A DNA stretch of 64,000 nt from an uncultured Candidatus Binatia bacterium. GTDB taxonomy: Bacteria > Desulfobacterota > Binatia > UBA9968 > JAJDTQ01. Of this stretch, positions 19,858 through 32,150 are shown piece by piece. The translations under genes and the position numbers were made by a program. Numbering within the stretch: the first letter of the stretch is position 1; each line of letters opens with the position of its first letter. The stretch lies in NCBI GenBank assembly GCA_965215605.1, contig OZ244070.1:96001-160000 (forward strand), in the 5' to 3' direction. Under the pieces are notes generated by a model. It did not search any database and was not told the DNA's origin. It saw only the letters and a list, made by a program, of their open reading frames with translations.

Positions 19858-19905
19858 CAATGCGAAAAGGGCAGGTGTCATCCGACACCTGCCCTTTTCG
19901 CATTG
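19858..19905. terminator. Perfect 22-bp hairpin between convergent operons (likely bidirectional terminator)
   Basis: CAATGCGAAAAGGGCAGGTGTC-ATCC-GACACCTGCCCTTTTCGCATTG. Confidence 0.8.
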
Positions 19906-19934
19906 TTTCCGGCGGCCGCGGACTCCGCGGGAAA

Positions 19935-20423
19935 TCAGGAGGCCTCGCTCTTCCCCACCCCCATGATGGACTCGACGATCTTCTTGTAGCCGGTGCAACG
20001 GCAGATGTTGCCGTTCATGTACTCGATGACTTCTTCCTCCGTGGGGTCCGGATTCTCGTCGAGCAGGGTCTTGGCGGTCAGGATCATGCCCGGCGTACAG
20101 AAGCCGCACTGGAAGCCGCCGAATTCGATGAAGGCCTCCTGGATCGGATGCAGCTTGCCGTCCTCGGCCATTCCCTCGATGGTGAGCACGTCCTTGTCCC
20201 TGGCCTCGAACGCCGGCAGGGTGCACGAACTCACGGGGCGCCCGTTCACCAGCACCGTGCAGGCGCCGCACACCTGCACGTCACAGGAACGCTTGGAGCC
20301 GGTGAGGCCCAGACGCTTGCGGATCACGTCCAGGAGCAGCTCGTGGGGTTCCACCTCGATGTCGTAGCGAGTCCCGTTCACGTTGAAGGATAACGGAAGG
20401 GTCTGCCGTCCGCTGTCTGCCAT
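19935..20423 (-). CDS. (2Fe-2S)-binding small subunit, CoxS/XdhC-like
   Basis: CDVQVCGACT, QCGFCTPG, NICRCTGY. Confidence 0.95.
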   Translation of the reverse strand: MADSGRQTLPLSFNVNGTRYDIEVEPHELLLDVIRKRLGLTGSKRSCDVQVCGACTVLVNGRPVSSCTLPAFEARDKDVLTIEGMAEDGKLHPIQEAFIEFGGFQCGFCTPGMILTAKTLLDENPDPTEEEVIEYMNGNICRCTGYKKIVESIMGVGKSEAS

Positions 20424-20479
20424 AGCCGTTGGCCTCCGCTCGGTTCTTGTGGCTGAAATCCGGTGTCCGCGTCAACCGG

Positions 20480-21349
20480 CTAACCGGCCAACTCCGTCCG
20501 GATATCGTTGAAGGCCCGGGTCAAAAGGACCTTGACGATGTGTTCCTTGTATTCGGCCGATCCATGGAGATCGCTGATGGCGTCGCCCGCGCGCGCGGCG
20601 ATGTCGCCGGCCTCGGCCATCCTTTGCGCCGCCTCATCGAGGCTCTTCCCCCGCAGCACCGCTTCCGCCTCTTCCACCCGCATCGACTTGGGGCCCACGC
20701 AGCCCACCGCGATCCTCACGTCCTGGACCGCTTCCCGCGCCCCGTCCGCCATCACGTGAAGCGCCAACCCCGCGCTCGGCCGTTCCAGGTAACCGAACTT
20801 GCGGTAGCGCACCGCGGCATTGGCGGCGGGCAACGGCACCACGATCTCGGTGAGTACCTCGTCCTCTTCCACGGCCGCGTCGTAGGCGTCCACGAAGAAC
20901 TCGGCCATGGGGATCTCTCGCGAGCCGTTGGCGGTTTGCGCAACCACCGTGGCATCCAGCGCCAGCAGCAGGGTGCCGGGATCCGCGTGGGGCTCGGCGA
21001 AGGTCAGATTGCCGCCGAGGGTCCCGACCTCGCGCACCCGCAGGTTGGCCACGTTCCGTTCCATCTCCACCAGCACCGGCAGCTTCTCCTGGAGCGTCCC
21101 GGAACGTTCGAGTTGCCGGTGGGTGCTCAACGCGCCGATCCGGACGCTGCCGTTGTCAAGGTTGATCCCATCCAGCCCGGGAATCTTCTTGACGTTGACG
21201 AGGCACTCGAAGTGGACCAACCCCTCCTTCATGGCCAGCAGCAGCTCGGTGCCGCCGGCGTAGACCTTGGCCGAGTCGCCGTAGCGGGCGAGGGATTCGG
21301 ACGCCGCCTTGACGCTATCCGGCTCTTCCAGACGAAACGGACGCAACAT
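20480..21349 (-). CDS. FAD-binding medium subunit, CoxM-like
   Basis: AGGTEL, VREVGTLGGN, SDLHGSAEYK. Confidence 0.93.
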   Translation of the reverse strand: MLRPFRLEEPDSVKAASESLARYGDSAKVYAGGTELLLAMKEGLVHFECLVNVKKIPGLDGINLDNGSVRIGALSTHRQLERSGTLQEKLPVLVEMERNVANLRVREVGTLGGNLTFAEPHADPGTLLLALDATVVAQTANGSREIPMAEFFVDAYDAAVEEDEVLTEIVVPLPAANAAVRYRKFGYLERPSAGLALHVMADGAREAVQDVRIAVGCVGPKSMRVEEAEAVLRGKSLDEAAQRMAEAGDIAARAGDAISDLHGSAEYKEHIVKVLLTRAFNDIRTELAG

Positions 21350-21352
21350 GGA

Positions 21353-21805
21353 TCAGGCTCCTCCCTCGAGTTCCTTCTTGACCGCCTCGGCAAACTTCAC
21401 CATGTCGTTGTCCGCCTTGCGCTTGATGATGCTGTGTCCCAGCGTGGCCAGCTTGCCGAGGATATCCACGGAAGCCACGACGGAAACCTGCGTCGCCTCG
21501 CCCCGGTCCTCCAGCGAGACGTCGAGGTCCACCTTCAGGTGGCTGCCGATCTTGTTGTCGCTGCCGGTGGCGCGGGCCTTGATCCGATCCTTCGGCTCGT
21601 TCTCCAGGACCTCGATCTCGATGGGGAAAGTGACCTTGAAGGGCCCCACCCGGGCCACCATCTTGGCTTTGTAGCGTTTGCCGGCCTCGACGGTGGAGGC
21701 TTCCTCGCAGCCGGGAACGCAGGCGATCAGCCGGTCCACGTCCCACAGGAAGTCCCAAGCCGTATCCCGGGGCACTCCGATCTCGATACTGTTCTCGAAA
21801 TTCAT
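21353..21805 (-). CDS. CoxG / SRPBCC domain protein
   Basis: AWDFLWD..LIACVPG, GKLATLG; adjacent to CoxM/S-like genes. Confidence 0.88.
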   Translation of the reverse strand: MNFENSIEIGVPRDTAWDFLWDVDRLIACVPGCEEASTVEAGKRYKAKMVARVGPFKVTFPIEIEVLENEPKDRIKARATGSDNKIGSHLKVDLDVSLEDRGEATQVSVVASVDILGKLATLGHSIIKRKADNDMVKFAEAVKKELEGGA

Positions 21806-21838
21806 AACGGGGTTCTTAGCAGAATCCCGGCGGCCACA

Positions 21839-22831
21839 TCAAGCGCGCTCGTTGAAGCCCTCGAGGACCTCGAACTCCCGTGACAGGTAGGTCTTGAGCT
21901 TCTTCTTGACCCGATTCTCGATCTGACGGACCCGCTCCCGGCTGATGTCGTACCGCTCGCCGATCTCGCGCAGCGTCAGCGGCGTTTCCGCCATCAGCCG
22001 CTCCCGAAAGACCACCCGTTCCTTGTCCTTCAGGCCCTCCCCGAACGTCCTCAAGCGCGTCTTGATGGCCCGACGGTACTCGTCCTCCGCCAGCAGCTCC
22101 TCCGGCGTCGGACTGTCGTCCGTGAGGGTGTTCAGCAGGGTGGCGCCCTCGCCCTCGCCCATGGGCGCGTCGGTGGAGAGGTCCCGGCCCGAGAGCCGCT
22201 GGTCCATCTCGATGACCTCGGACTCTTTCACGTCCAGCCGCTGCGCGATCAGCTTGGCGCCAGGGACAAAGCCCTCGGCCTCCAGCTTCTCCTTCTCCTT
22301 CTGCAGGTTGAAGAACAGCCTGCGCTGCGCCTGGGTAGTCCCCAGCTTGACCATGCGCCAGTTGTTCATGAGGTAGCGAATGATGTAGGCGCGGATCCAC
22401 CAGACAGCGTAGGACGGGAACCGGACGCCCCGGTAGGGGTCGAAGTTCTTGAGGCTCTCCATGAGCCCGATGTTGCCTTCCTGTATCAGGTCCAGGAGAT
22501 TCCGGAAGGCCCGTTCGTATTCCCGGGCGATCATCACCACCAGCCGCAGGTTCGCCCGCACCAGCTTGTAGGCGGCCTCGACGTCACCGAACTGCTTGTA
22601 CCGCACCGCCAGTGCGTGTTCCTCCTCGCGCGTGAGCACCGGGTAGCGGCGGATCTCGGTCAGATAGCTTTGCAGCGCGTCGAAGGGAACCAGCGCGCCG
22701 GGGGGTTCCTCCGCCTGATCGGCGGCGTCCGCAGCGTCGTCAATCTCGTCCGGCACCACCGGCTCGGCGGTTGCGTCCGCGGCTGGAGCGTCACTTTCCT
22801 CGACGACTTCAATGGGCGGGTATTTGGCCAT
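21839..22831 (-). CDS. rpoH: RNA polymerase sigma-32 type factor
   Basis: DLIQEGNIGLM, SYAVWWIRA, RpoH box-like QRRLFFNL, SRERVRQIE. Confidence 0.85.
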   Translation of the reverse strand: MAKYPPIEVVEESDAPAADATAEPVVPDEIDDAADAADQAEEPPGALVPFDALQSYLTEIRRYPVLTREEEHALAVRYKQFGDVEAAYKLVRANLRLVVMIAREYERAFRNLLDLIQEGNIGLMESLKNFDPYRGVRFPSYAVWWIRAYIIRYLMNNWRMVKLGTTQAQRRLFFNLQKEKEKLEAEGFVPGAKLIAQRLDVKESEVIEMDQRLSGRDLSTDAPMGEGEGATLLNTLTDDSPTPEELLAEDEYRRAIKTRLRTFGEGLKDKERVVFRERLMAETPLTLREIGERYDISRERVRQIENRVKKKLKTYLSREFEVLEGFNERA

Positions 22832-22843
22832 ATGACAACGCTG

Positions 22844-22872
22844 AATGTACCGTTTTTACGGGGGTTTATCAA
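22844..22872 (-). promoter_or_regulatory. Putative sigma70 promoter of rpoH
   Basis: TTGATA-17nt-TACATT on minus strand, 12 nt before ATG. Confidence 0.5.
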
Positions 22873-22887
22873 GAACAAGCGGCTACC

Positions 22888-22916
22888 TTGACATGGCGCA
22901 CGGCGGGTCCTATTCT
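22888..22916 (+). promoter_or_regulatory. Putative sigma70 promoter, probably leaderless transcript
   Basis: TTGACA-17nt-TATTCT, ATG 8 nt downstream, no SD. Confidence 0.65.
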
Positions 22917-22924
22917 AGTGGCCC

Positions 22925-23404
22925 ATGGCACTGACAGAGATCATTACGGGTTGGTTCGAGCGCAATCGGGCGAAACGGGAGGTGCGCACGACACGGACCG
23001 TGCTGGCCGACAACTACCGGGAGTTGGCCGGCTTGGCCAACCGGCTCAGGCAGCACGCCGAAAAGGCGCCCTACCCCTTCATGGCCGAGCGGCTGCGGCA
23101 GATGGCCGCGGAGAAGGAAAAGAGCATCGGAGTTCTGTTCGAGAGCATCGAGCATCTCGGCGCCCGGGTCGCCAAGTTCGATTCGAGCGTCCCGTCCGGC
23201 AGGAACCACTGGGAACGGATGCACCAGGACTTCGAGGACCAGAAGCGGGTGGAGGCGAGGCTCACGGCCGACATCTCCTGCCTGGCCATCGAGGCGCCGG
23301 ACCACAGCCAACTCCTGCGGCAACTCGTGGAGGTCGAGCGCCGTCACAACGCGGCGTTGCTGGACCTCCTGGCCCGCGCCGACCCTCAGGCCGAACAGAC
23401 CTGA
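22925..23404 (+). CDS. Hypothetical all-helical protein (ferritin-like fold possible)
   Basis: Amphipathic helices, E-x-x-H near C-terminus; good promoter. Confidence 0.6.
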   Translation: MALTEIITGWFERNRAKREVRTTRTVLADNYRELAGLANRLRQHAEKAPYPFMAERLRQMAAEKEKSIGVLFESIEHLGARVAKFDSSVPSGRNHWERMHQDFEDQKRVEARLTADISCLAIEAPDHSQLLRQLVEVERRHNAALLDLLARADPQAEQT

Positions 23405-23466
23405 ACTCCGGACTCGGACTCCGGCGCGTGAAGTCTCGCCGTAACGGCGGCAGCCGGCGATGCCGG

Positions 23467-23634
23467 CTACTGCTCCCGGCGCGAAGGCTCGCGTCCGTCC
23501 GAGAAGGCCACGTTCAGGGCGAGACCGGCCATGATCGCGTCCCATGCCTGCCTCTCCGACAGTCCCGCTGAACGGAACGTCTTCCACAGGCCGATGATCT
23601 CGGTCTCGGTGGGCGAGGTAAAGGAAGTATCCAT
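23467..23634 (-). CDS. Small hypothetical protein (55 aa) translationally coupled to Rid gene
   Basis: ATG overlaps TGA of upstream gene (TGATG); MDTSFTSPTETEIIGLWKTFRSAGLSERQAWDAIMAG. Confidence 0.5.
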   Translation of the reverse strand: MDTSFTSPTETEIIGLWKTFRSAGLSERQAWDAIMAGLALNVAFSDGREPSRREQ

Positions 23635-24035
23635 CAATCGATACAAGCCAGCCCGGACACTTCGACCATGCAGTCCGGGTTGTAGAGTCCCGTTACCTGA
23701 ACCAGGGTGATCGCGGGGAAGTGCTTTCCAAAGATCGCCCGGTAGGAAGCGCCGATCTCCTTGCGGTGGTCGTGGTAGGCCTGGACGTCGGTGACGTACA
23801 TCGTCAACGTCGCGTAGTCCTGGGGACGGCCCCCGGCGCCCTCGACGGCCGTCCGGAGGTTCTTCCACACCTGCCCGAACTGCGCCGCGAGGTCGCCCTT
23901 GCCGACCACGTTGCCCTCGGCGTCGAACGGCGCCTGCCCGGCCACCTCCACCAGCCTGCCGGAAGAGATGCTCGCCAGATGCGAGTATCCCACCGGATTC
24001 TCGAGGCCGTTCGGATTAATCAGATCGAATGCGAT
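23634..24035 (-). CDS. Rid (YjgF/YER057c/UK114) family protein, Arg-less subgroup; probable ATC start
   Basis: PVGYSH, VAGQ, FPAITLVQV, MVEV; SD AAAGGAGA 7 nt before ATC. Confidence 0.85.
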   Translation of the reverse strand: MAFDLINPNGLENPVGYSHLASISSGRLVEVAGQAPFDAEGNVVGKGDLAAQFGQVWKNLRTAVEGAGGRPQDYATLTMYVTDVQAYHDHRKEIGASYRAIFGKHFPAITLVQVTGLYNPDCMVEVSGLACID

Positions 24036-24166
24036 GACGATGTCTCCTTTGCCGGATCGTTTGGACTCGCGTAAGTCACGACTTGCATTAAGCATCGTCC
24101 TGATCGTAGTCAAGCACGCCAGGACGAACAATCAATGCGGCCGAGCCTCTTATCCGTCCGGCGACG

Positions 24167-25165
24167 TCACCGGCGGCCGAACGCCCCGATGAACTCCCGG
24201 ATCTCCGCCACCACGTCGTCCGTGCACGGGACGTACGGCAGGATCACGCGGGTGGCACCGGCGTCGCCGTAGGCCTTCACCTGCTCCAGCACCTCCGCCA
24301 CCGACTCGCCGGCCACCAAGGGCAGGCCGTCCAGGAGCCGGTCCGTGATCTGCCCGGTGGCGGCCCGGAATCCCGACTCGCGCCAAGCCCGCCGGATGGC
24401 GGCGACCTCCTCGCTGAACCCCATGCGGGCCAGCAGATCGCGGTAGTAGTCGGCCAGGGCGTAGTAGGTCAGGATGCGGCCCAGCGCCCGGCGCGCCGCC
24501 TCCCTGTCCGCGGCCACGCAGCACCGGACCTTGCAGATGATCTCCAGCGCGTCCGGGTCCCTGCCCGCGAGCCGGGCGCCCTCCCGGGCGTTGTCCGTGA
24601 TGCGGCGGATCTCCTCCGGATTGGCCATGTTGATCAGCACGCCGTCGCTCAACCGGCCGGCCAGGCGGCTCATCTGCGGCCCGAAGGCCGCCAGGTAGAC
24701 CGGGATCTTCCTGCCCGACGGCTTGAACGCCATCTTGAACGCGCCGGCATGGTAGAAACGCCCCTGGTAGTCCAGCTTCTCCCCGCGGAGCGCGGCCTGG
24801 ACCACCTCCAGGTACTCCCGGATCCGCCCCAGCGGCCGGTCGAACTCCACCCCGTGCCAGTTGGCGATGGTGGGGTTGGAGATGCCGAGCCCGAACAGGA
24901 ACCGCCCGCCGGAGAGCTCGTCGAGGCCGGCGGCGTGGAGCGCCATGCTCACCGGCGTCCGGCCCAGCATGTGGTAGACCGCGGTGCCGAGCTTCAGCCG
25001 GCCGGTCACCGCGGCCGCCGCCGCCAGCATCACCGTCGGGTCCTTGTTGTTGGCCTCCCCTCCCCAGGCGCAGTCGAACCCGCTGTCCTCCGCGGCCCGG
25101 GCCAGTTCGGGAATGGCGTCCATGGGAAGCTGGGCGCCCGAGTTGAATTCGATGTCGAGCTTCAT
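24167..25165 (-). CDS. LLM-class (luciferase-like / Mer-like) flavin-dependent oxidoreductase
   Basis: ARAAEDSGFD, LDELSGGRFLFGLG, PVYLAAFGP. Confidence 0.9.
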   Translation of the reverse strand: MKLDIEFNSGAQLPMDAIPELARAAEDSGFDCAWGGEANNKDPTVMLAAAAAVTGRLKLGTAVYHMLGRTPVSMALHAAGLDELSGGRFLFGLGISNPTIANWHGVEFDRPLGRIREYLEVVQAALRGEKLDYQGRFYHAGAFKMAFKPSGRKIPVYLAAFGPQMSRLAGRLSDGVLINMANPEEIRRITDNAREGARLAGRDPDALEIICKVRCCVAADREAARRALGRILTYYALADYYRDLLARMGFSEEVAAIRRAWRESGFRAATGQITDRLLDGLPLVAGESVAEVLEQVKAYGDAGATRVILPYVPCTDDVVAEIREFIGAFGRR

Positions 25166-25260
25166 GGGGTCTCCAGGAAATGATGCGGTTAACACCGCCT
25201 CGGCCGGCGGTCAAGCGTCATGTCTTGAAACTCCGGCATGGATACATTAGTTACCGTGCC

Positions 25261-26178
25261 ATGATCATCGACGCTCATGCCCATCTGGTGCCGCAAGACT
25301 GGTACCACCCCAAGTCGCCGCAGGCCATCTTCGACATCCCTCGTCTGCGGGACGAGCAGCAACAGGCCGGGGTGGACCTGACGATCTTCGGCAACAACTG
25401 GATCCGCACGCCCGCCGGCAAGGACCCCTTCGACATCGTGACGGAGTTCAACGCGTTCGCGGCCGAGACCACCGCCAAGCACTCCGACTACCTGCTGGGG
25501 CTGGCGTGCGCGGTGCCCTTCGGCGGCGACAGGTTCCTCAAGGAGACCGAACGGGCGGTGCGCGAATACGGCCTCAAGGGGATCATGATCAACTCGAGCG
25601 TCGACGGCGAGTACCTGGACTCGCCCAACGCGGTGCCGTTCTTCGAGCTGGTGACCGACCTCGACGTGCCGTTGTTCGTGCACCCGCCCCGGGTCACCAT
25701 CGGCGCGGAGAAGATGGAGATCTTCCGCCTCCCGGAGATGGTGGGCCGGCCCTTCGACACTACCCTGTCGCTGGCGCGCTTCATCTTCACCGGCGGCTTC
25801 GAGCGGTTCCCGGACCTCGTGATGATCTGCTCCCACGTGGGCGGCGCCCTGCCCATGCTGCCCGGACGCCTGGACTTCGGCTACGAGCTCCGCAAGGACG
25901 ACAGCTTCGGCCCCTGGGAGCCCGACGTGCTACCGCGGGCGCCGAGCACCTACATCGAACAGCTCTACTACGACACCGTAAGCCTTCACGCGCCGGCGGT
26001 GATGTGCGCCGTGGAGACGGCGGGCGCCGACCACGTGCTGTTCGGCAGCGACTTCCCGCCGGTGCCGATTCCGCTCGAGCGCTCGGTGGACGCCGTCCGG
26101 GACGTCCGGCTGTCCGACTCGGACAAGCAGAAGATCCTCGGCGACAACGCCGTGAGGCTGCTGCGGCTGGGACAGTAG
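25261..26178 (+). CDS. Amidohydrolase_2 family (ACMS decarboxylase-like)
   Basis: IDAHAH, FVHP, SHVGG, FGSDFP. Confidence 0.9.
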   Translation: MIIDAHAHLVPQDWYHPKSPQAIFDIPRLRDEQQQAGVDLTIFGNNWIRTPAGKDPFDIVTEFNAFAAETTAKHSDYLLGLACAVPFGGDRFLKETERAVREYGLKGIMINSSVDGEYLDSPNAVPFFELVTDLDVPLFVHPPRVTIGAEKMEIFRLPEMVGRPFDTTLSLARFIFTGGFERFPDLVMICSHVGGALPMLPGRLDFGYELRKDDSFGPWEPDVLPRAPSTYIEQLYYDTVSLHAPAVMCAVETAGADHVLFGSDFPPVPIPLERSVDAVRDVRLSDSDKQKILGDNAVRLLRLGQ

Positions 26179-26239
26179 CAGGGGGCGGCCGATGGCTCGA
26201 CCTCCCCTTTCGGGGCCGCCCGACACGGGCGCCCCGCCG

Positions 26240-26713
26240 TCAACTCAACACGAGGGACAGGCACAAGTGGGCGGTCAGGTTCGCGCAGACCCCGGCCGCG
26301 ACGTCATCCATCATCACGTTCCAGGGTCCTGGGCGGCGGTCGAAGAACGAAACCGGCGGAGGCTTCCACACGTCGAAGAGACGGAACAGCAGGAACGCGG
26401 CCAGCATGAACTCCCAGCGGCCCGCGTAACCGACGCTCAGGAGCGCGATCCACTGCCCCGCCACTTCGTCGCACACCACGTGGGGCGGGTCCTTGGGGCC
26501 GTCGCCGCCCCGCAACATGACGCCCACGCTGACGCCGCCCAGGACGAAGGCGACGACGATGACCGGCGCCAGCAACGCGGCCTGCTGGAACGGACCCATT
26601 AGCGCGTAGACCTGGACCGCGACAACGCTGGCCATCGTGCCCGGGGCTACGGGAAAGAACCCCAGGCCGCCGACGCTGGCCACCGCCACGGCCCATGTTG
26701 AACTTCGCTCCAT
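26240..26713 (-). CDS. pgpA: Phosphatidylglycerophosphatase A
   Basis: APGT, DPPHVVCDEVAGQ, FRLFDVWKP, MMDDVAAG. Confidence 0.9.
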   Translation of the reverse strand: MERSSTWAVAVASVGGLGFFPVAPGTMASVVAVQVYALMGPFQQAALLAPVIVVAFVLGGVSVGVMLRGGDGPKDPPHVVCDEVAGQWIALLSVGYAGRWEFMLAAFLLFRLFDVWKPPPVSFFDRRPGPWNVMMDDVAAGVCANLTAHLCLSLVLS

Positions 26714-29138
26714 GAATCTTCCGGCACTGCTGCTGACGCCGTTGCTGCGCCTGATGGCGCGCAGGAACCTCCCGAAACGCCAGGGCACGGTCCAGCTCCC
26801 GGGCCTCCGCAAGGACGTCCGGGTCCGCTGGGACCCCTTTGCCATACCCTACATTTTCGCCGAGAACGAGCCCGACCTGTTCTTCGCCCAGGGCTACCTG
26901 CACGCCCAGGACCGGCTGTGGCAGATGGACCTCAACCGGCGCGTCTTCAGCGGACGGCTGGCCGAAGTCTTCGGGGACCGCGCCATGCCCCGCAACGATT
27001 TCGTGCGGCACCTGCGGACCGGCACCATGACCGGCGTCGACCACTTCATGCGGATCATGGGCATCCGCCACGCCGCGGCACTGTCGCTGCCGCTCCTGTC
27101 GGAACGGTCCGCCCGGGCCGTGGAGGCCTATTGCGCCGGCGTCAACACCTGCATGGGAAGACCCCGGCGGCGCCTGCCGGTGGAGTTCCGGCTGCTGCGC
27201 TACGAACCCCCTGCGTGGGAGCCGGTGGACTGCCTCACCCTCGCCAGGGGGTTCTCCCTGTTCCTGTCGTCCGCGCTCATGACGCGGCTCACCTTTCTGG
27301 CACTCCATGGCCGCCTGGAGAACGAACCCGACAAGCTCCGTTCCCTGGTCCCGCACTACCCATCCTGGGGCGCCACCATCACCCGCGCTCTAAGCGACCA
27401 CGGCGCCGGCCTGCTGCGCTTCGTGAACGGCAGCTTCGCCGACGCCCCCTGGACCCCCAGGGGCCAGGGCAGCAACGGCTGGGCCGTGGACGCAAGGCAT
27501 TCGGCAGAGGGCCATCCGATCCTGTGCAACGACATGCACCTCCGCATGACCCTGCCCGGCATCTGGTATCTGAACCACCTTCGGACCGTCGACGATTCGG
27601 GCGGCACGCCGCCCTTCGAGGCCGCCGGCGTGTCGCTGCCCGGCTCACCCCTCGTCTACGTCGGACACAATCGGCACATGGCCTGGGGCTTCGTCGCCGC
27701 CCTGTGCGACGACGGCGACCTCTACCGGGAGCGGATTCATCCCGAAAAGCCGGCTCTCTACCAAACGCCCGACGGCTGGGCCGAGTTCGAGTCCCGGCCC
27801 GAGACCATCGCCGTCCGCGGCCGCCGCCCGCTGGAGACCGTGGTCCGCAGCACCCGCCACGGCCCGGTGCTGTCGGACATCCTGGCGCCGACGCCGCACG
27901 ATTCGGACCCCCCGGACCGTGAGCTCCTGTCATTCAAGTGGGTCGCCCACACGCCGGGCAACGAGGTGGGGCTGCTGGACGGCGTCAACCGGGCCCGTGA
28001 CTGGAGCGAGTTCCTGTCCAGCATGGCGCACCACGTCACGCCCTCGCTCAACTGTGTCTACGCCGACACCCGGGGCAACATCGGCTACGCCCTGGCGGGA
28101 AGAGTCCCCCTGCGCCCGCGGCAGGAGCCCTCATGGCTGCCCCTGGAGGGCTGGAACCCCGCCCACGACTGGACCGGCGCCATCCCGTTCGACGAGCTGC
28201 CGCGCCTGTACAACCCCCCCGAAGGCATGGTCGCCAACGCCAACAATCGCATCGCCAGCGCCGGCTATCCCTACTACCTCTCCGATCTGTTCGAGCCCCC
28301 CTACCGCATCGAGCGCATCCGCCACCTGCTCGCCCGCGACACCCCCCTCGGCATGGAGGACATGGCCCGGATCCAGCTCGACACCCGTTCGGTCCAGGCC
28401 GAACGGCTGTTGGAGGCCCTGGGTCAGGAGCTGAGCGAGATCGCGCGGGAAGAGCCGTCCTTGCGGGATTGCGTGGAGTTGCTCGAGGAATGGGACCACG
28501 ACTGCGGCACGGAGTCCGCCGGAGCCGCCCTCTTTCACGTCCTCTATCACCGGCTCATGTGGAACACCTGGGGAAACGATCTCGGCGAGGACCTTTTCAC
28601 GAGCTATGCGGAGATCCTGAATCAGGCAGTAACGCCGCTGGACGACATCCTGACCAACCCCAAATCCATTTGGTTCCGCGACACCGCCCGCAAGGAAACG
28701 CTGGCAACAAGCCTCCGTGAGGCCCAAGCCGAGCTTACGAAACAGCAAGGCCTCGACCCCGCCAACTGGTCCTGGGGTCGCCTCCACACCCTCACCCTCG
28801 CCCACACCCTCGGAAACAACCAATGGCTGGCGCCGTTCTTCTCGCTGGGCCCCTTCCCCATCGACGGTGACGGCGTCACCGTCAGCAACTCCTACTACCG
28901 CCACTCCCGCCCCTACGACCAAGCGGTCGGCGCATCGATGCGGATGCTGGTGACCCTGAGCAATCCCATCCGCTCCCGCTTCGTCATCGTTCCGGGGCAG
29001 GCGGGAAATCCAATGTCGCTGCACTACCGCGACCAACTCGATCCGTGGCGCCACGGCCGAACTATTCGCACGGCGGAGCCGGAAGACCGAATGGAGGAGT
29101 GGTCGCTGTTGACGCTGACGGGTAGCTCGCGGGGTTAG
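26712..29138 (+). CDS. Penicillin acylase family Ntn-hydrolase
   Basis: AQGYLHAQDRLWQMD, G-SNGW nucleophile, VANANN, VPGQAGNP. Confidence 0.92.
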   Translation: MNLPALLLTPLLRLMARRNLPKRQGTVQLPGLRKDVRVRWDPFAIPYIFAENEPDLFFAQGYLHAQDRLWQMDLNRRVFSGRLAEVFGDRAMPRNDFVRHLRTGTMTGVDHFMRIMGIRHAAALSLPLLSERSARAVEAYCAGVNTCMGRPRRRLPVEFRLLRYEPPAWEPVDCLTLARGFSLFLSSALMTRLTFLALHGRLENEPDKLRSLVPHYPSWGATITRALSDHGAGLLRFVNGSFADAPWTPRGQGSNGWAVDARHSAEGHPILCNDMHLRMTLPGIWYLNHLRTVDDSGGTPPFEAAGVSLPGSPLVYVGHNRHMAWGFVAALCDDGDLYRERIHPEKPALYQTPDGWAEFESRPETIAVRGRRPLETVVRSTRHGPVLSDILAPTPHDSDPPDRELLSFKWVAHTPGNEVGLLDGVNRARDWSEFLSSMAHHVTPSLNCVYADTRGNIGYALAGRVPLRPRQEPSWLPLEGWNPAHDWTGAIPFDELPRLYNPPEGMVANANNRIASAGYPYYLSDLFEPPYRIERIRHLLARDTPLGMEDMARIQLDTRSVQAERLLEALGQELSEIAREEPSLRDCVELLEEWDHDCGTESAGAALFHVLYHRLMWNTWGNDLGEDLFTSYAEILNQAVTPLDDILTNPKSIWFRDTARKETLATSLREAQAELTKQQGLDPANWSWGRLHTLTLAHTLGNNQWLAPFFSLGPFPIDGDGVTVSNSYYRHSRPYDQAVGASMRMLVTLSNPIRSRFVIVPGQAGNPMSLHYRDQLDPWRHGRTIRTAEPEDRMEEWSLLTLTGSSRG

Positions 29139-29171
29139 CCGCTGTCAGATTCAAAAAAGACACTTCGCCTT

Positions 29172-29194
29172 CGTCATTCCCGCGAAAGCGGGAA
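29172..29194. repeat. CGTC-type REP-like GAAA-tetraloop hairpin between convergent genes
   Basis: CGTCATTCCCGC-GAAA-GCGGGAA. Confidence 0.55.
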
Positions 29195-29265
29195 CCGCGA
29201 TTCGGCTCGGTGTCACCAGAAACAGGCTGTCCCGCGTTCTCGCTTCCCCTCGACGGCGAAACCGA

Positions 29266-32004
<2,739 letters not shown>

Positions 32005-32102
32005 GTTTCCCCCTCGTGATTTTCCGTTCCGCCCGGGTCAGGGAATCGACCGAACTCCTCTCCCGTGGGCGTCTTTCGGTGATACCCGCACTGTCCGTGA
32101 TT

Positions 32103-32150
32103 GAGCCGTATTTAGTGCAGAACTACCACAATACCCACAACATATAGTGC
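32103..32150. promoter_or_regulatory. Tandem NrdR boxes
   Basis: CCACAACATATAGTGC (32135-32150) and weaker GAGCCGTATTTAGTGC (32103-32118), 32 bp apart, upstream of nrdJ. Confidence 0.8.

Noticed and set aside
32005-32100. Cobalamin riboswitch upstream of nrdJ
   Set aside because: Leader is short and shows no recognisable B12-box; NrdR boxes explain the regulation
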